Source: Fimicolochytrium jonesii
Taxonomy: Eukaryota
Direction of reading: 5' to 3'
Length of the DNA: 64,000 nt
Assembly (NCBI RefSeq): GCF_025526975.1
Contig: NW_026515668.1
Coordinates: 186,001 to 250,000, forward strand
Part shown: positions 12,673-24,869 of the stretch, in pieces
How the letters are laid out: every line of letters begins with the position of its first letter
Numbering within the stretch: the stretch's first letter is position 1
Notes under the pieces: model-generated
What the model was told of the DNA's origin: nothing
The model's input: only the letters and a program-made list of their open reading frames with translations
Databases searched by the model: none
Program-made: the position numbers and the translations under genes

Positions 12673-13501
12673 TTAACGTCCCCTTTTTACAAACTGGACG
12701 TAACATAATACGTGCATGTTCTCCCCGCTTCCCCTTGACTCCAGGGCCCACGGACGCGCTTTCCTAATTGACGCGTTCCAGACCTCCCTCAATTTCCGCC
12801 TACTTGGCAGCCAACGAGAAAAGATCCCCCTCGTAGTACCATCACTATCGCCCACGTCATCGTCCGCGTCTTCCTCGTCCTCGTCTTCCTCGTTCTCGGT
12901 GATAGTCATGGTAAATCGCGCCATGAACTCCTTTTTGCAGTGTCCATCCACAAAAAATAACATAGGTACGTACGTAGGTCGGAGTCACAACGGAACACCA
13001 CCTTCTGCCCTCAGAGGCATCCGTTGCGGGCCCCAACCCAAGGGAGTTTCGTCTGCGACGACTTCCGCCGCACAAAGCGAGGGTTCGAGGTTGCGCACAT
13101 CGCTACGTGATCGTTGATGTGCGCGAGCGAGAAATCGTCATCGGTGAGGACAATTACGCGGGTCGTGCGGGGCGTGGCGGATTCTGCGATGGTTAGGGCG
13201 GTCACCTCGTCGACGGTTTTTCCACGCCACCGAAAGCGCGCGGGACGGTCTTTCCCCGCCACCGAAAGCGCGCGGGACGGTCTTTCCCACGCCACCGAAA
13301 GCGCGCGGGAGTGGGTGAGGATGAGCGAGGCATGTCGGTGAGTAGTTTGGACTGGTTCGCTGTAGCTGGGACTCCAGAGTAGCGGGGACTGATGGGCGAG
13401 TAATTTGAGGATGTTGCGGGGTATGACGGACTCCTCGGACAGTAGCTCCCGGAGTGGTCCACGGCTTGCGCGTTTTGGTGATTTGGACCCGCTTCGTCCA
13501 T
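12673..13501 (-). pseudogene. Decayed copy A of the same orphan gene, with N-terminal CTD-like heptads
   Basis: DDDFSLAHINDH...PRFVRR...QKVVFRCDS...EFMARFTMTITENEEDEDEE...IFSRW; in-frame stop and frameshifts; YCPRSPS/YSPISPR heptads at 13444-13324. Confidence 0.6.
13212..13310. repeat. Minisatellite, 3 x 32-33 bp (GACGGTYTTTCC..CGCCACCGAAAGCGCGCGG)
   Basis: Three near-identical adjacent units starting at ~13212, 13244 and 13276. Confidence 0.9.
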
Positions 13502-14049
13502 TTCTTCCAGTCGGTTGCACGAGGAATGGCGGGTTTCAGGTTGTGGGCTTTGCAGAGTTGCACCCGGCTATGTTGTGGGTGTATGGTGAGAGTGGGTTCT
13601 TTGAAATGCGTTTTTCCTTTTGCCGAATGTGATCTGGGGTTGTGTGGTGACTAAACATGATTGTTTCCTCAACAGTCAGGATGATGTACCTCTCCTCCAC
13701 CTACCCAGAGATCGGACCGAACGCCATCCACATCGGCCTCATCGATATGGTTGATGAGGCGGGAGGTCACGAGCTTGAAGCCCGGATCCCCAGTCTTCAG
13801 GTTGAAAGTCTCTTCGACGGTCTTCTTGACCTCCTAAATCGTCGGCCTGATGGGGTTAGGTGCTTGATTCAACACGACCATAGTTGACGAAAAACAAGAT
13901 ACCGACCTCGAAGTTAAGGTTGAGCCCACGGAAACCCATCAACCACGCCGGTTCCCATCAGCATCCCTCACGTCCACCGTCAATCTCGTCTCGACGCAAT
14001 GGTCGCAAGGATGTCCATGATGGTGTCCTCTCGAGGTAGTGGTCGACAG

Positions 14050-14350
14050 GCCTTCCCACGACATCAACTCCACCCGTTTGTCATCAACGAAAAGCAGGAT
14101 GGTCGGGTACGCATCCACATTGTCGACTTCGCAAAGAATCCCTATCGCAATTGATGCTGCATTCGATTTTGGCTATGTGCACGTTGGAGGAGGTGTAGTT
14201 GCGAGACTCGAACTCTTGCTGCACTTTCAGCCATTTTGGTGTAACCCGGGTGAGAGTCAAGGTATTAGCTTTTGCGGCACGTAACAGGATATTGTAGCTC
14301 AACGCACGTACCTTTGTGTGTACGGACACCAGCTTGCGCCGTAAAATAAT
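14050..14350 (-). pseudogene. Thioredoxin/PDI-like domain pseudogene
   Basis: LFYGASWCPYTQR | VTPKWLKVQ...HIAKIECS / ILCEVDNVDAYPTILLF; donor GTACGT at 14311, but the acceptor reads CCG instead of CAG (~14247), and there is a frameshift near 14140. Confidence 0.65.
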
Positions 14351-15991
14351 CTGGGAGAAGAAGAAAGAGGGGCTTCAGTCTCGAGCAGTTTTGAAAAAGG
14401 GCAATTCCACAAAGAAGCGCCCACATCCAAGTATCGGCTTCTCTCAAAGCCTCTCCGACTTGCCCAGGTGCCGGAGAGCCCGAGGCAACCACAGTGAGCG
14501 GATGAGATACGTCCAGATCCAGATTGTTGTCAGATAGCCGAGCGCTTCATTCCAAATGAACATCCCGTTCTCGAAGCATTGCCCACATGGGGCAATGGGC
14601 GGCTGTCGACCACCCAGCGTGACTTGAGCATTCAATGTAGCCAGAGCGACCGCCTACACAGAAGGCTCCAGTCACGCGAGATATGGCTGCCATCATACTC
14701 AACTCATGTCTGCTAGTCCTCCTTGGAGATCTATCTCGACCAGACTGATTGTGTGCCACTAGCAAATGACGTTTGCCCCGCAAATTTGCCAGAGACTCCT
14801 CGGATGGATTCCCATCGAACCCCGGAAAGATCCACGCGTTCTGGTCTCCTTGCATCATAGCGTCCGCTAAAAGACCCCACACATCCTCCATGCAAAGCCT
14901 TCCACCTTTCAACTCAATGCCAGCTCCATAACTGGCCCCAAGAGCAGATCGGGCCTTCTTTGGTATCGGTGGCTTCCACCACAACAACACGATGACACGA
15001 TGGCGGTGAGAGCCACGGAGTTGAGAGCCGTATCGCTGGACGCACTGGTGCGGTCGAGGCTGATGGTGGGCGATGCAGCGCTGGTGCACGTCGAGATCAC
15101 CGTGCTAGTGGTAGCGGTGGCTGGAGTCGACGCAGCGTTGGTGGCTGGAGGGTTGGTTGTGGTGGTGGTCGGCGTGGAGAGACCAGTACTACCGCACGAG
15201 AGAAGCCCACCAATGATGCTCGGGATTGGGATGGGATCGTCCTCGTCGTCGTTCCTAAGCTTGCCGATATAAAAACTTGCCAAAGCAATACGCTATTAGG
15301 GAACCACCCTTCTCCACCGTCATCCACGCCTATAAGTGTCGGATGGAGGCTGTGGTCCCATGGACAGCGAGCACGATATAGCGTTGATGCTTGTGATCAG
15401 TCCAAATGACGCGTCTTGTCTGTACTGCTTCCGACGCGACGTTGTCGTCGCAGTCAAAGTAGCGCGTAACCACAGTTCTTCGTCATCCTCCTCCACACTT
15501 GTAAGTGTAGGATGGGCTGAGGTTGCCAGCGCGTGAACAGCAAACACGATATAGCCTTTGCGGCGCACGGCAGAGAGAATGGAATGTCGCTGCTCGGGGT
15601 AGCCGCTAGCACAGGATTTGCGGTGCCGAATGGTCGGGATCGCTCGAAACGAATATACCAGTGCCCGTTTGGGTCAGCTTGAACCCCTCTTGAAAACCTT
15701 GCTGGACGCAATAACCCTCACAGCGAAGACGTTTCCAACTGCTTGACAGAGGTTTCATCTGTTGGGGACCGTTCCGTGCCATTTCGATTAGTACGCAGTT
15801 GCGCAACTGTGTAAAGACTCCGATCGCGGCCATACCTTTAGATCCTGGTTTTCGCTGCCGATTTAGGTACGCTTTGTCCCTTCTAGTCGTTCGCCAAACT
15901 CTGCCAAGGTGAGCACCCCGCGGGGGAGCGCCAAATCACATTCTTCGAACGAGTGACGTTATCACAACACGTACGCAAAAAATAAGATTGG

Positions 15992-16072
15992 ATGAGTAAG
16001 GGGAGTTGGGGTGAAGTATTTTCCCACGCGTGATGAGGGAGTTGGGGGTGAAGTATTTTCCCACGGGTGATG
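15992..16072. repeat. Direct duplication of ~37 bp (GGGAGTTGGGGTGAAGTATTTTCCCACG.GTGATG)
   Basis: Two adjacent copies visible in the sequence. Confidence 0.85.
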
Positions 16073-18712
16073 CCCAAGATGGGATGGGGTGCGAGGGAGT
16101 GGGAGGGGACGTACCCTTTGTAGTTGACGTAGAGGAGGTGCGCTGATACGCCCGCCATAATGAACTGAGTGCGTGTAAATGAGTAGGTGTTGGTTTCAAA
16201 AGATGCGTGGGAAAAAGGGAAGAAAGGCCCCGCAGCGGTGAGGAATAGGGGTATATACTGTACTGTACTATACAGCGTCCGCAGAGGGTCCGCCAGGGTC
16301 TGCAGGTTTAATTAAGGTCACGTGTTTCGGTGGACCCGTTCACTGTTCATGAACTACACAATCACCGTCCAAGGAACAGACAACAGCCATGGATGTATCC
16401 CCCATAAAGGGAGTAGCAGCACTTACTGACCGATAATTGTATGCCACTTCTCTCATCGAGGTCTCCTCGCGCCCCGGACGAACTCCAGATAGAAGCCCCA
16501 TGGTGCGCTCCGGCAGCAAAACCGGTCGTCTTCCTCTCCGGAACTTCAAGAGCCTGCCATCCAGGTGCGACAAGTGCACCTATACCACGCAAGTACACTT
16601 GCACGTCAGCTCCGTCGCAATCGGAGTGGTGTCATCCTCGAGGAAACTTCCAAGAGTCCAAGGGTTTCGCGGGGATTATCTTGAGATGTCAGCCTATGTG
16701 TGTGTGTGTGCAGATTGGAGTTGTCGAGACTAGAGTACCCGGAAGTTTTGTGGAGAGGTGTCTGTTGGTTGAATGCGACTGGATGGTGGAGGATCAGTGT
16801 CTGAAACCTCTGAAACCGCCTTTGAGTGGGGAAGGCTCAACCCTCACTCGAGGCGTTTCTTGGAGCAAAAAGGCTGCGATCAGGACGCTCCGTCTACCTT
16901 AGCAGAATCGAGATGCCTTCGCTACCGGTCTAAGGACGGCATGTCATAAGGAAACGTGTGATTTACGACCGTATCCTAGGCCAAGCAAGCGGCGGGTATG
17001 TGCAAGTCCGAGTACGCTCGCAGATCCAATTGGTCGCAATCGTCAACGACGACGGTTGAAATTGAGTTCCTCATTCGGCGGCAGATTCGGCGGAGTGATG
17101 CGCGAGCGTCGTCCTTGGCTCCTTGTCCAGTTGACCAGAGGTCCGACCGCAGATCGAGCACTGTACATCGGAACTTTCACAGCGCCTTCGCTACCTGGTC
17201 TATTTCCCCAATTCTAATAATCAAAGGTATATCTACTGATATCACAACCAATGCCCAGAGTACGAATGCATGTCATCCTGTAATAATCGCCTTAACTGTA
17301 TGTACCGCCTTTGCTAACCGGTTCAAGGACGGCGGTCTGCACGAGGTTGCGATTTACGGGGCAAAGGAAGCAGACCGGCGAGCAGTTCGATCATACGTGC
17401 GCCTTGCAAGTTGCAACTGACTCTCCTTGGTGGCGATGTAACGGAGTCTCGGACTTTTGACATGAGGAAGAGCGTCCACAACCGGTGGAGACGAAGTGTG
17501 TGGGGATCGGCCCACATGACATTTTAAGGGGTAGGCAGAAGGTTGGAGTCCAAGGAGATGCCTTCCTGGAGAACGAAGCATGGAGCGGCCACCGGCAGAC
17601 ATGCATGAAGAATTGCTGCCAGCGCTCACTGGCGTACGGGCGAATGACGAATGACGGCGGGCACATATCTAAATACAGAAAGTTTGTCAAGTTCAAGCTT
17701 TACGCACTCCAAAACGCGTGTGCGGGGACCGATTTTGGTTGTCTTGCTTTGTGCTTGGTGAGCACGAGGGCTGAAGGAGTTGGGGAACTTGGGGCCCCTG
17801 GGACAGATGCATGCTGTGATGGAGACATGATGATGATCGCTGGACCCATTTTTGCCACTTTGGGTTCGGTTTGCCATATGCGAATGGGCGATCACAGATG
17901 GGAATTTTTGCGAGTACGATGCATGTGTTTTATCTTCATTGAAGGCCCTGCTTTTGCATGCGCTTGCTCAGCCTTGCCGTGTCTGCTTGCTTCAGCTTTT
18001 ACTCGCATCATCTGCATAGACGAATTCGCCCAAAGGGTCCTTGGACATGTATGATTATTACGTATCCGGGTTATGTTGTACGGACAAGAGGGGAGGTAAT
18101 CTTACAACAAACTCATATTAAAGCAGGCGCAGGGCCCGATTCCTGCAGGTGTGGGAGAGCGTCTGCTCTGTCTGGGCGAGCGAGAGCGTGAAAGTGATCA
18201 CACGACAGCGTGCTTGCGTTCCCCTTTTCACGCGCCCCAACGAGACCGTTAAAATTCGTGCCCTTCCCTTCCAAACCCAACGCCCCACGAACAACTCAGA
18301 CCTATAACACATTCCCCAACGGGCACATTCCCACACACTCATCACTCACAACCTAAAAGGAACCTACCGTCGTCAGGTCCCATATCCACCCCCCGCAGAA
18401 AGCAGTCAGTTCGGGCAGTCAACTCAGCTCCTCTAAGTTCCGCCGGAAAGCGTAGAACTCCTACGTAGGACAAACCGTGCCGCGGAAACGGTCTCCCAAC
18501 CACACACAACATATCCCGCCCCGTTCGTGCGTTACTCAACCGGAAAGCGGTGTGTTGCTCCCACTCCGACAAGCGTGCCAAGCGTCTAGGACTGGGAACA
18601 CTGTTGAGCGAAGCCAGCCATTGAAACGAACGCACATTCCACTTCCTCTGGACACCATTCTAGCCACTTGAACTCCCGCACATAGCAGTATTCCTACTTC
18701 TCCGGAAACGCA

Positions 18713-20503
18713 ATGGACTTCTCCGTATCCCTCTCACAGCACGCGGCGGACATTTCGTCGTTGCGCAAGTCGCTGTCGGACACGCTGGTTGGGTTGAGGC
18801 AGGATATGGAGTTTTCGAGGAGGGAGTTGCATCATTTGGGCGAGCTGCTGGTTGATGATGGTGAGTTGAATGATGCCGAACATCCAGCGCACTCTAACTT
18901 TGAGAACTGACGGAATTTCTTCGCAATCATTACAGCCCTGCTGTACAGATTTCTGAGAAAGCACAAGTTCAACATTCAAGCCGCATCGCAAGCATTCCTA
19001 GATCACGTCGACTGGCGGCTGCAAAACGATCTTCCCAACTACTCGACAGCGTCACTCACCCCAAAGGCGTCACAACTATGTCATGAAGGGCTATTCTACT
19101 TCTGGAAGACGGACGTCTACGGCCGCCCGCTCGCGATCCTCAACCTCAAGCGGCTGGACGCAAAGGGGACGGATTTGGAGGATCTGCGGTCGCTGTTCAT
19201 CATGCAGATGGAGGTAGCGCGGCGGATCGTGCATTTCAACAACGACCAGGCGCAGAGATTGGGTGGAGAGGACGCCGACAGACTGAACTACCAAGTTTCC
19301 GTAGTGGTGGATCTCGACGGTGTCGGCCTCGGGAATATCAACTACGAGATGATACCACTCTTCCACGATCTATTCAGTCGGCATTTCCCGCAGACGCTGG
19401 GCACCGTCTACGTCCTCAACTACGGGTGGTTCCACTCGGGCATGTGGTCGCTGCTCAAGACGGCGCTCCCGGCGGACGCCTGCAAGAAACTGCAGTTCCT
19501 GTCCAAATCCGAGCTTCATAAACACGTCGACCCGTCAGACCTCCAACAACCCTTCGGCGGATCCGACCCAACCCCTTTCACTTACGACACCTCCCCGATC
19601 TACACTCAGTTCGCCCACCCAAACTACCACGTCGCCTCCCGTAGAGTGTTGGAGCAGCTCTCGGCTCTGGACGCCGAGGATGAAGGGTACCATGAAGACG
19701 AAGACGTGTGGTTCGACGCCATCGAGCAGCCCATGACCCCCGTCCGATCCGCAGCCGATCTCCAATCAATGCTCCGCGTCGCGTCGGGACGAAACCTCCA
19801 CGGAATGGTCCGCGTGGGCTCATCGGCGCGTATTGGGAACGGAGCCTCGAGCAAGTCGTTGAAATCACTCGCGAGACCGGGCGCGCCTAACCTGCCGCCT
19901 GCGGGTGGCCTGATGATGCGTGCACTGCAGACGCCGCCTGTGACGACAACAGTGATCGCCAACCCCTTCACAGCCGCCGTCGCCGCCGCCGCCGCGTCCC
20001 TCCACTCCCCAGCATCCAAGCAACCCGGCCGCCGTCGCGCAATCGTCAAGAAAACCCTCGTGAAAGCCGTTCAAACACCCGCGCAGCCTTTCATCTCCTT
20101 CCTCTCCTTCCTCATACCCGGCGGCGCCAGCAAAGCCCCCACCGATATCACAACCAGCCCGACGACTTCATCATCCTCAGTACAGCAAGCAGGCCGCAAA
20201 CGTTCCAAATTCGTCCTAACTCTCCTCTTCCTGTTCCTCCTGTACGGCGGCTGGAAATCCAAATCGATGCGGAGGCTGTATATCGGGTGGATACTCGGAT
20301 CCTCATCCTCCGCCTTATGCTACAATCCATCACTCACATCGGCGGCGGCGGCGGCGGCTGCAGCAGGAGTCGGGGCGGGTGGGGGCGATACGGCGGAGTT
20401 GTCGGTGGGGAGGATGTTTGGGAAGGTGCTTGGAAAAAGGGATGTGGGGGTTGTTGTTGAGCCGGCGTTTGTGACGGCTATTGGGGGGGCGTTGGGGACG
20501 TGA
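18713..20503 (+). CDS. CRAL-TRIO (Sec14-like) lipid-binding protein with C-terminal TM segment
   Basis: Intron ~18861-18936; LLYRFLRKHKF, DVYGRP, VVVDLDGVG, HFPQTLGTVYVLNYGW, FGG motifs. Confidence 0.88.
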
Positions 20504-21235
20504 CGGTCGTGATGGGTGAAACAATATCTTTGGAAGAATCGACAAACCAACCCCCCATCCGCAAAGACACTACTACCCCAAACCAAAACCACCCAGATAC
20601 CCAGTGTGTTATATTTTGGTTCCTTCGTGTCTAAAGATCCGCATTTTTTGTATAGTGCTGCAGTCATAATTCTATGCTCTGATTTATCAAATTGCTTTAC
20701 TGCCGTGGTTATGATACATGGGTATGGGAGGGTGAGGGGGTATATGAGAATGAAAAGTACGCCGCTGGGGGGGGCAACCACCAAAGTTCGGCAGTCCGCA
20801 TCCCTCGCGACCATAGGCGGTTGCTCACGCGTATTGGCCTTGTTATGAGGGTTTATAGTTTAAGAAAACCCCGTGACTGTCCTAATAAATTCAATCGCTT
20901 CCAGGAGAGGAAACAACCTGCTGTGGATTCCACTTCGGCATCCCCGCTTCCTTCGGCACCCCGCACATCGCACAACCCCACCCGCACCTTCTCAGCCCTC
21001 GGCATCCTCACCGTCCCCTCGGAAACCTCGCTCCGCCGACCGTCCTGGGAACGCCTGTATCGCCAGATTTCGCATCCTATAATAACCGGCTCGAAGTCAA
21101 CCCATAGCAGGAAACGAAGACGAGGGAGCCGAGGCGAGAACCACCGCAAACGAATACGATCGGACGGACGAGGGTTCGTACTACAAAGAGGGAAGGAAGG
21201 GACATCTCAATATAAGAGGATAGAAAGAAGAGAGG

Positions 21236-22119
21236 ATGTACAAGCTATACCTGTTCCGGAACCAGATCACCGCGCGGGTGCTGGTCAGTCGGACGTTTCG
21301 GATGAGTGTAAGTTGCGCACAATCCTTTCATATCTTGCCCCGCAGAATACCACAAGAACCCTAACCCGCCCTCTCCCTCATAAGGACAAACTCCTCTCCC
21401 AAATCGGCGAACACCGCCCGTCTCTCAAACTCCGGGGCGACCACTGGGTCCCCTTCGCGATCCTCACGGGCCTACCCACGCTAACCGCCGCCAAATCCCT
21501 CCAATCGCGGCTCGCCACCCCGCAAGAAAACCCCAGCGGGAAGTACCGCTTGCCCCTCCCCGAGGTGCGACCGAGCCCGTTTGAACCGAAGCACCCGAAA
21601 GCGGGACGGCAGGATGATCCGTTGAAGTTGAGGATTGTGGAGCGGGAGGTTGTGGGAGAGGGGGAGAGGGTGAGGAGTTTGAGGGGGTGGAGGGAGCCGG
21701 AGGAGGTGCGGAGGAAGATGGCGGAGTTGTGTAGGGCTTTGGTTGTTGTTCCTGAACTCCAAGCCCTCACTACCCAAACCACCACCACCACCACCACCAC
21801 CAACACAACACCACCACCAAACGAAAAGGAAACGGAATCCAACCCCGAAACAAGAACGCCGCCGACAAAAGAACCGCTGACCCTCTACGTCGAACGCCCC
21901 GAATGGCGCACGGCAGCCGAAGAAGTCGACGGCCTCCTCTGGCCCTCCTTCGTCGCGCATGAGAAATTGAGGCTGGTTAGGAATAGGTACCCCGATATCC
22001 CCGGGTTTGATTTGAAGAGGTTGGATGATGTGCCGTTGGACGTCTTGAGGAGGGAGGCGGAGGCGAGAGAGGCTGCGGAGAAGGAGGGCAATGCGCAGGC
22101 GAGTGCCGCGCAGGTGTAG
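21236..22119 (+). CDS. MHR1: Mitochondrial ribosomal protein mL67 / Mhr1 family
   Basis: Exon MYKLYLFRNQITARVLVS (21236-21307), intron 21308-21384, then LRGDHWVPFAIL and a late WPSFVAHEKL motif typical of Mhr1. Confidence 0.7.
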
Positions 22120-22540
22120 GCGGTCGTGAGAGATGGGTTCTGCTTTTTGAGCGCGCTTTGATCCATCATCTCTGTATATTAGACATCCCACCCATCACAT
22201 TTTTATTTACATGCCGTGCAATAGACAGGGCTGGAGTATGCCGTGTTGTGCACTCATACACAGCTCTACCCAGTAATCTCAACCCCGCCATCTCTCGATT
22301 TGTGTTTGTTTATGTACATGTGATGTTCCCGGCATGTTCGCAGCGTGGGCTGCCTCCCTTCCCCACACCCCGTGTAGGTACGATGTGTTGTTGCCGGCTG
22401 CCGTCGGCGCAGAATGTGTCATTGGAGAGCGAGGCGGGGTGGGCGCCATGCCGAGAGGGCAGGGTATGATGTGAATTGTTCACATGAATCTATTTACACA
22501 TGTTTTCGTTGCCGCGAGCCGGGATGTGGTGCAAAATCGC

Positions 22541-23854
22541 TCAATGCGAGTGCTGAATGAGAAAGGGGTCACAAAAACGTCAGAACAACTATACCATACT
22601 CCCCCCCAAAAACACCACCGCACAGAAACATACCTCAACAGCCAACAACAAGGGCGTGAAAATCCCCCCCATCAAACACCCCACCTGCCCCTTCGTCAGC
22701 CTCACCTCCCTGCTCCCGCTTTTCTTGCCCCGCTCATACACCTCCGGCAAGATATGCATGGTCGCCACATACAAGAACGTCCCGGCGCTGAAAAGGAGTA
22801 AAATCCCGGTCCACTTCCCCGTCGCCCCCGCGTCATCCGCCATCCCACCCCCGACCAGAAACATGTAGGTGATGAGTGCAGATAAGGGAGCGGAGAGGGA
22901 GAAGAGGGCGAGGTAGTTGTGGATCTTTTGGGGGGGCAGGGATTCGGAGAGGAGGTAGGTGGAGAGACCGAAGGCGGAGGGCGCCTTGTGGAGCATTATT
23001 GCGAGGAAGACTATGAGTTCTAGGCTGCCGCTTACTATCAAAAGAAGAAAAGGGAGGTGAGAGTGATGAGTGATGGGGTGGATGAAACAGATGCCGTGGA
23101 TGAGATGCGATCGCGGCAATGATGTTGGCATAAACAGTGAATGCTCGCTGGTGGGTTGCAGAACAACCGAACGAGGGCTCGCTTGGCTTGCCAAAGAAAA
23201 CCGCGGATGCTCGCTAATGCTCGCGTCTGCATTCATACTCGCCCCTCGCCATCACTCGTGTTACCTACCACTAGCACTCGCCGCGCCCAACGCAATCCCA
23301 TCCGCCGCCGCATGCACAACCAACCCCACCACCGCAGTATTCACCCCACTTTTCTTCTCCTCCCCGACCCTGAAATCGTTCACGGTAACAATGCGCGACC
23401 CATTCCCTTCCTTCCCATGCCCTACATGATGGCTAACATGATCGATCAGGAACATGAACGCGAACCCGAGCGCAAGCGCTGCGCCGATGTATTTGTGGGC
23501 TTCGAATGCCGTCTCGTGTGTGTCGGATGCATGACCCCCTGCAGTCCCAGATATGCCGCCGCTCTCCACCACCCCGCCTCCTGCGGAGACTGATCCGCCG
23601 GCAACGACTGATATCGCCTTTGCGGCCGCCACCGCCGCAGATTCCGCCATGGACGCTTGCACGGAATAAAGCGTCTCGACACCTTCCGGCAGTATGACAA
23701 TGAGTGCGGTCCCTACGAGCATGCCGCTCCCATAACAAGAGATAAGTTGAAGTCTCTTTTCACTGAACTTGAAAGCCAGTGGTATGAGCCCTGCAGTAAA
23801 TGAGCCAAATAGCATGGCAAGACAGAGGAGGAGGAGCCAGGGGAATGAGTCCAT
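22541..23854 (-). CDS. ZIP family zinc/manganese transporter (ZIP9/ATX2-like)
   Basis: GMLVGTALIVILPEG, GLVVHAAADGIALGA, AIMLHKAPSAFGL, LFSAGTFLYVATMH; two introns; terminal exon HSH*. Confidence 0.92.
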
Positions 23855-24869
23855 TTTGGAGGATTTCCAAGGGTGGAATGGTGGTTGGCGGAGTGGGGTG
23901 GCGTGTTCAGTAGGTCGCAGCAGCGAAAGACAGCTTCGTACGTAGTCGACAGTAAGAATGGGAGTATTGGAGGGAGAAGACGACCGCCCTACTTCTGAGA
24001 TAAGTCACTGGGGGCGCTGGTGGAAGCAGGTGTGCTTTGAAGCGGGTTGACGCTTTCCCCAACGGATGAGCGGCTGGTTCGCTTCTTCCTTGGCGAGACG
24101 ACGGAGGTGAAGGGCGGAGTGTCCGTGAGAGGGGTGGGTATATGGGATATGTGACATACAGCGTATCGACCACCCGAGTTGCCAAGCGGGGTGAGAGTGA
24201 GTGTGGAGAGGACAATACGTACAGCAATATGGATATGTAGCGAGGTGTTTGTGGAGGGAGTATCTTCTTGCAGGAAACGCAGCGTAGATCTAGAGGCCGC
24301 TGCCGATGAGAGAGACTTCCCACGCGTCGAGGGCCGCCTGCGCAGTCCACGTCCACCCTTCTCGAGACTCCCCACAAGACAACGACGAGTGTCCCGCAGC
24401 ACGGACATTCAGCGGTTTTGCGTTACACCACTTCGTCCCCGTCTGCACCTCCCCTTCGCGTGGTACTTGCTTCTCGGCACCGATGCCGCTTTCACCGATC
24501 CGTGTCCCTGTGCGGTACTTTGATTCCCTCCCACCCAGGGGTCGCCTACAATAGTCCTGTCCACACTTTTTATCATTGATTGGGCTAGAGGAGACCCACT
24601 CGTGGTCGTCTCTGCGGCTCCAAACCACATGCTCGGAAGCGGCCATGATCAATCTGATTCCGCCCGACTACATTCGGGAGTGTGGCGGCAAGCGTGGTTC
24701 CGGGGGCCGAACACGTTCGAGAGTGTGGCTTTGCGGCGTCCGATTCAGGTAACCGCAGCAGCGGTCTGCATCGTCGTTTAAACGGTGATGATGGCATGGT
24801 CCGAAAAAGAGGGGCGCACCATTGTGCTGTCCCAAATCCGCATTACCACCACCCATCAAAACCTCCCCC

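Noticed and set aside
10829..13310. CRISPR-like repeats
   Set aside because: Eukaryotic context, only three units each, no unique regular spacers and no cas genes
16340..18650. Possible genes in the intergenic stretch
   Set aside because: Only short motif-free ORFs; no consistent exon chain could be built
20692..21235. 5' part of the 475-aa ORF
   Set aside because: The Mhr1-like first exon is in another frame starting at 21236; the upstream open frame appears incidental
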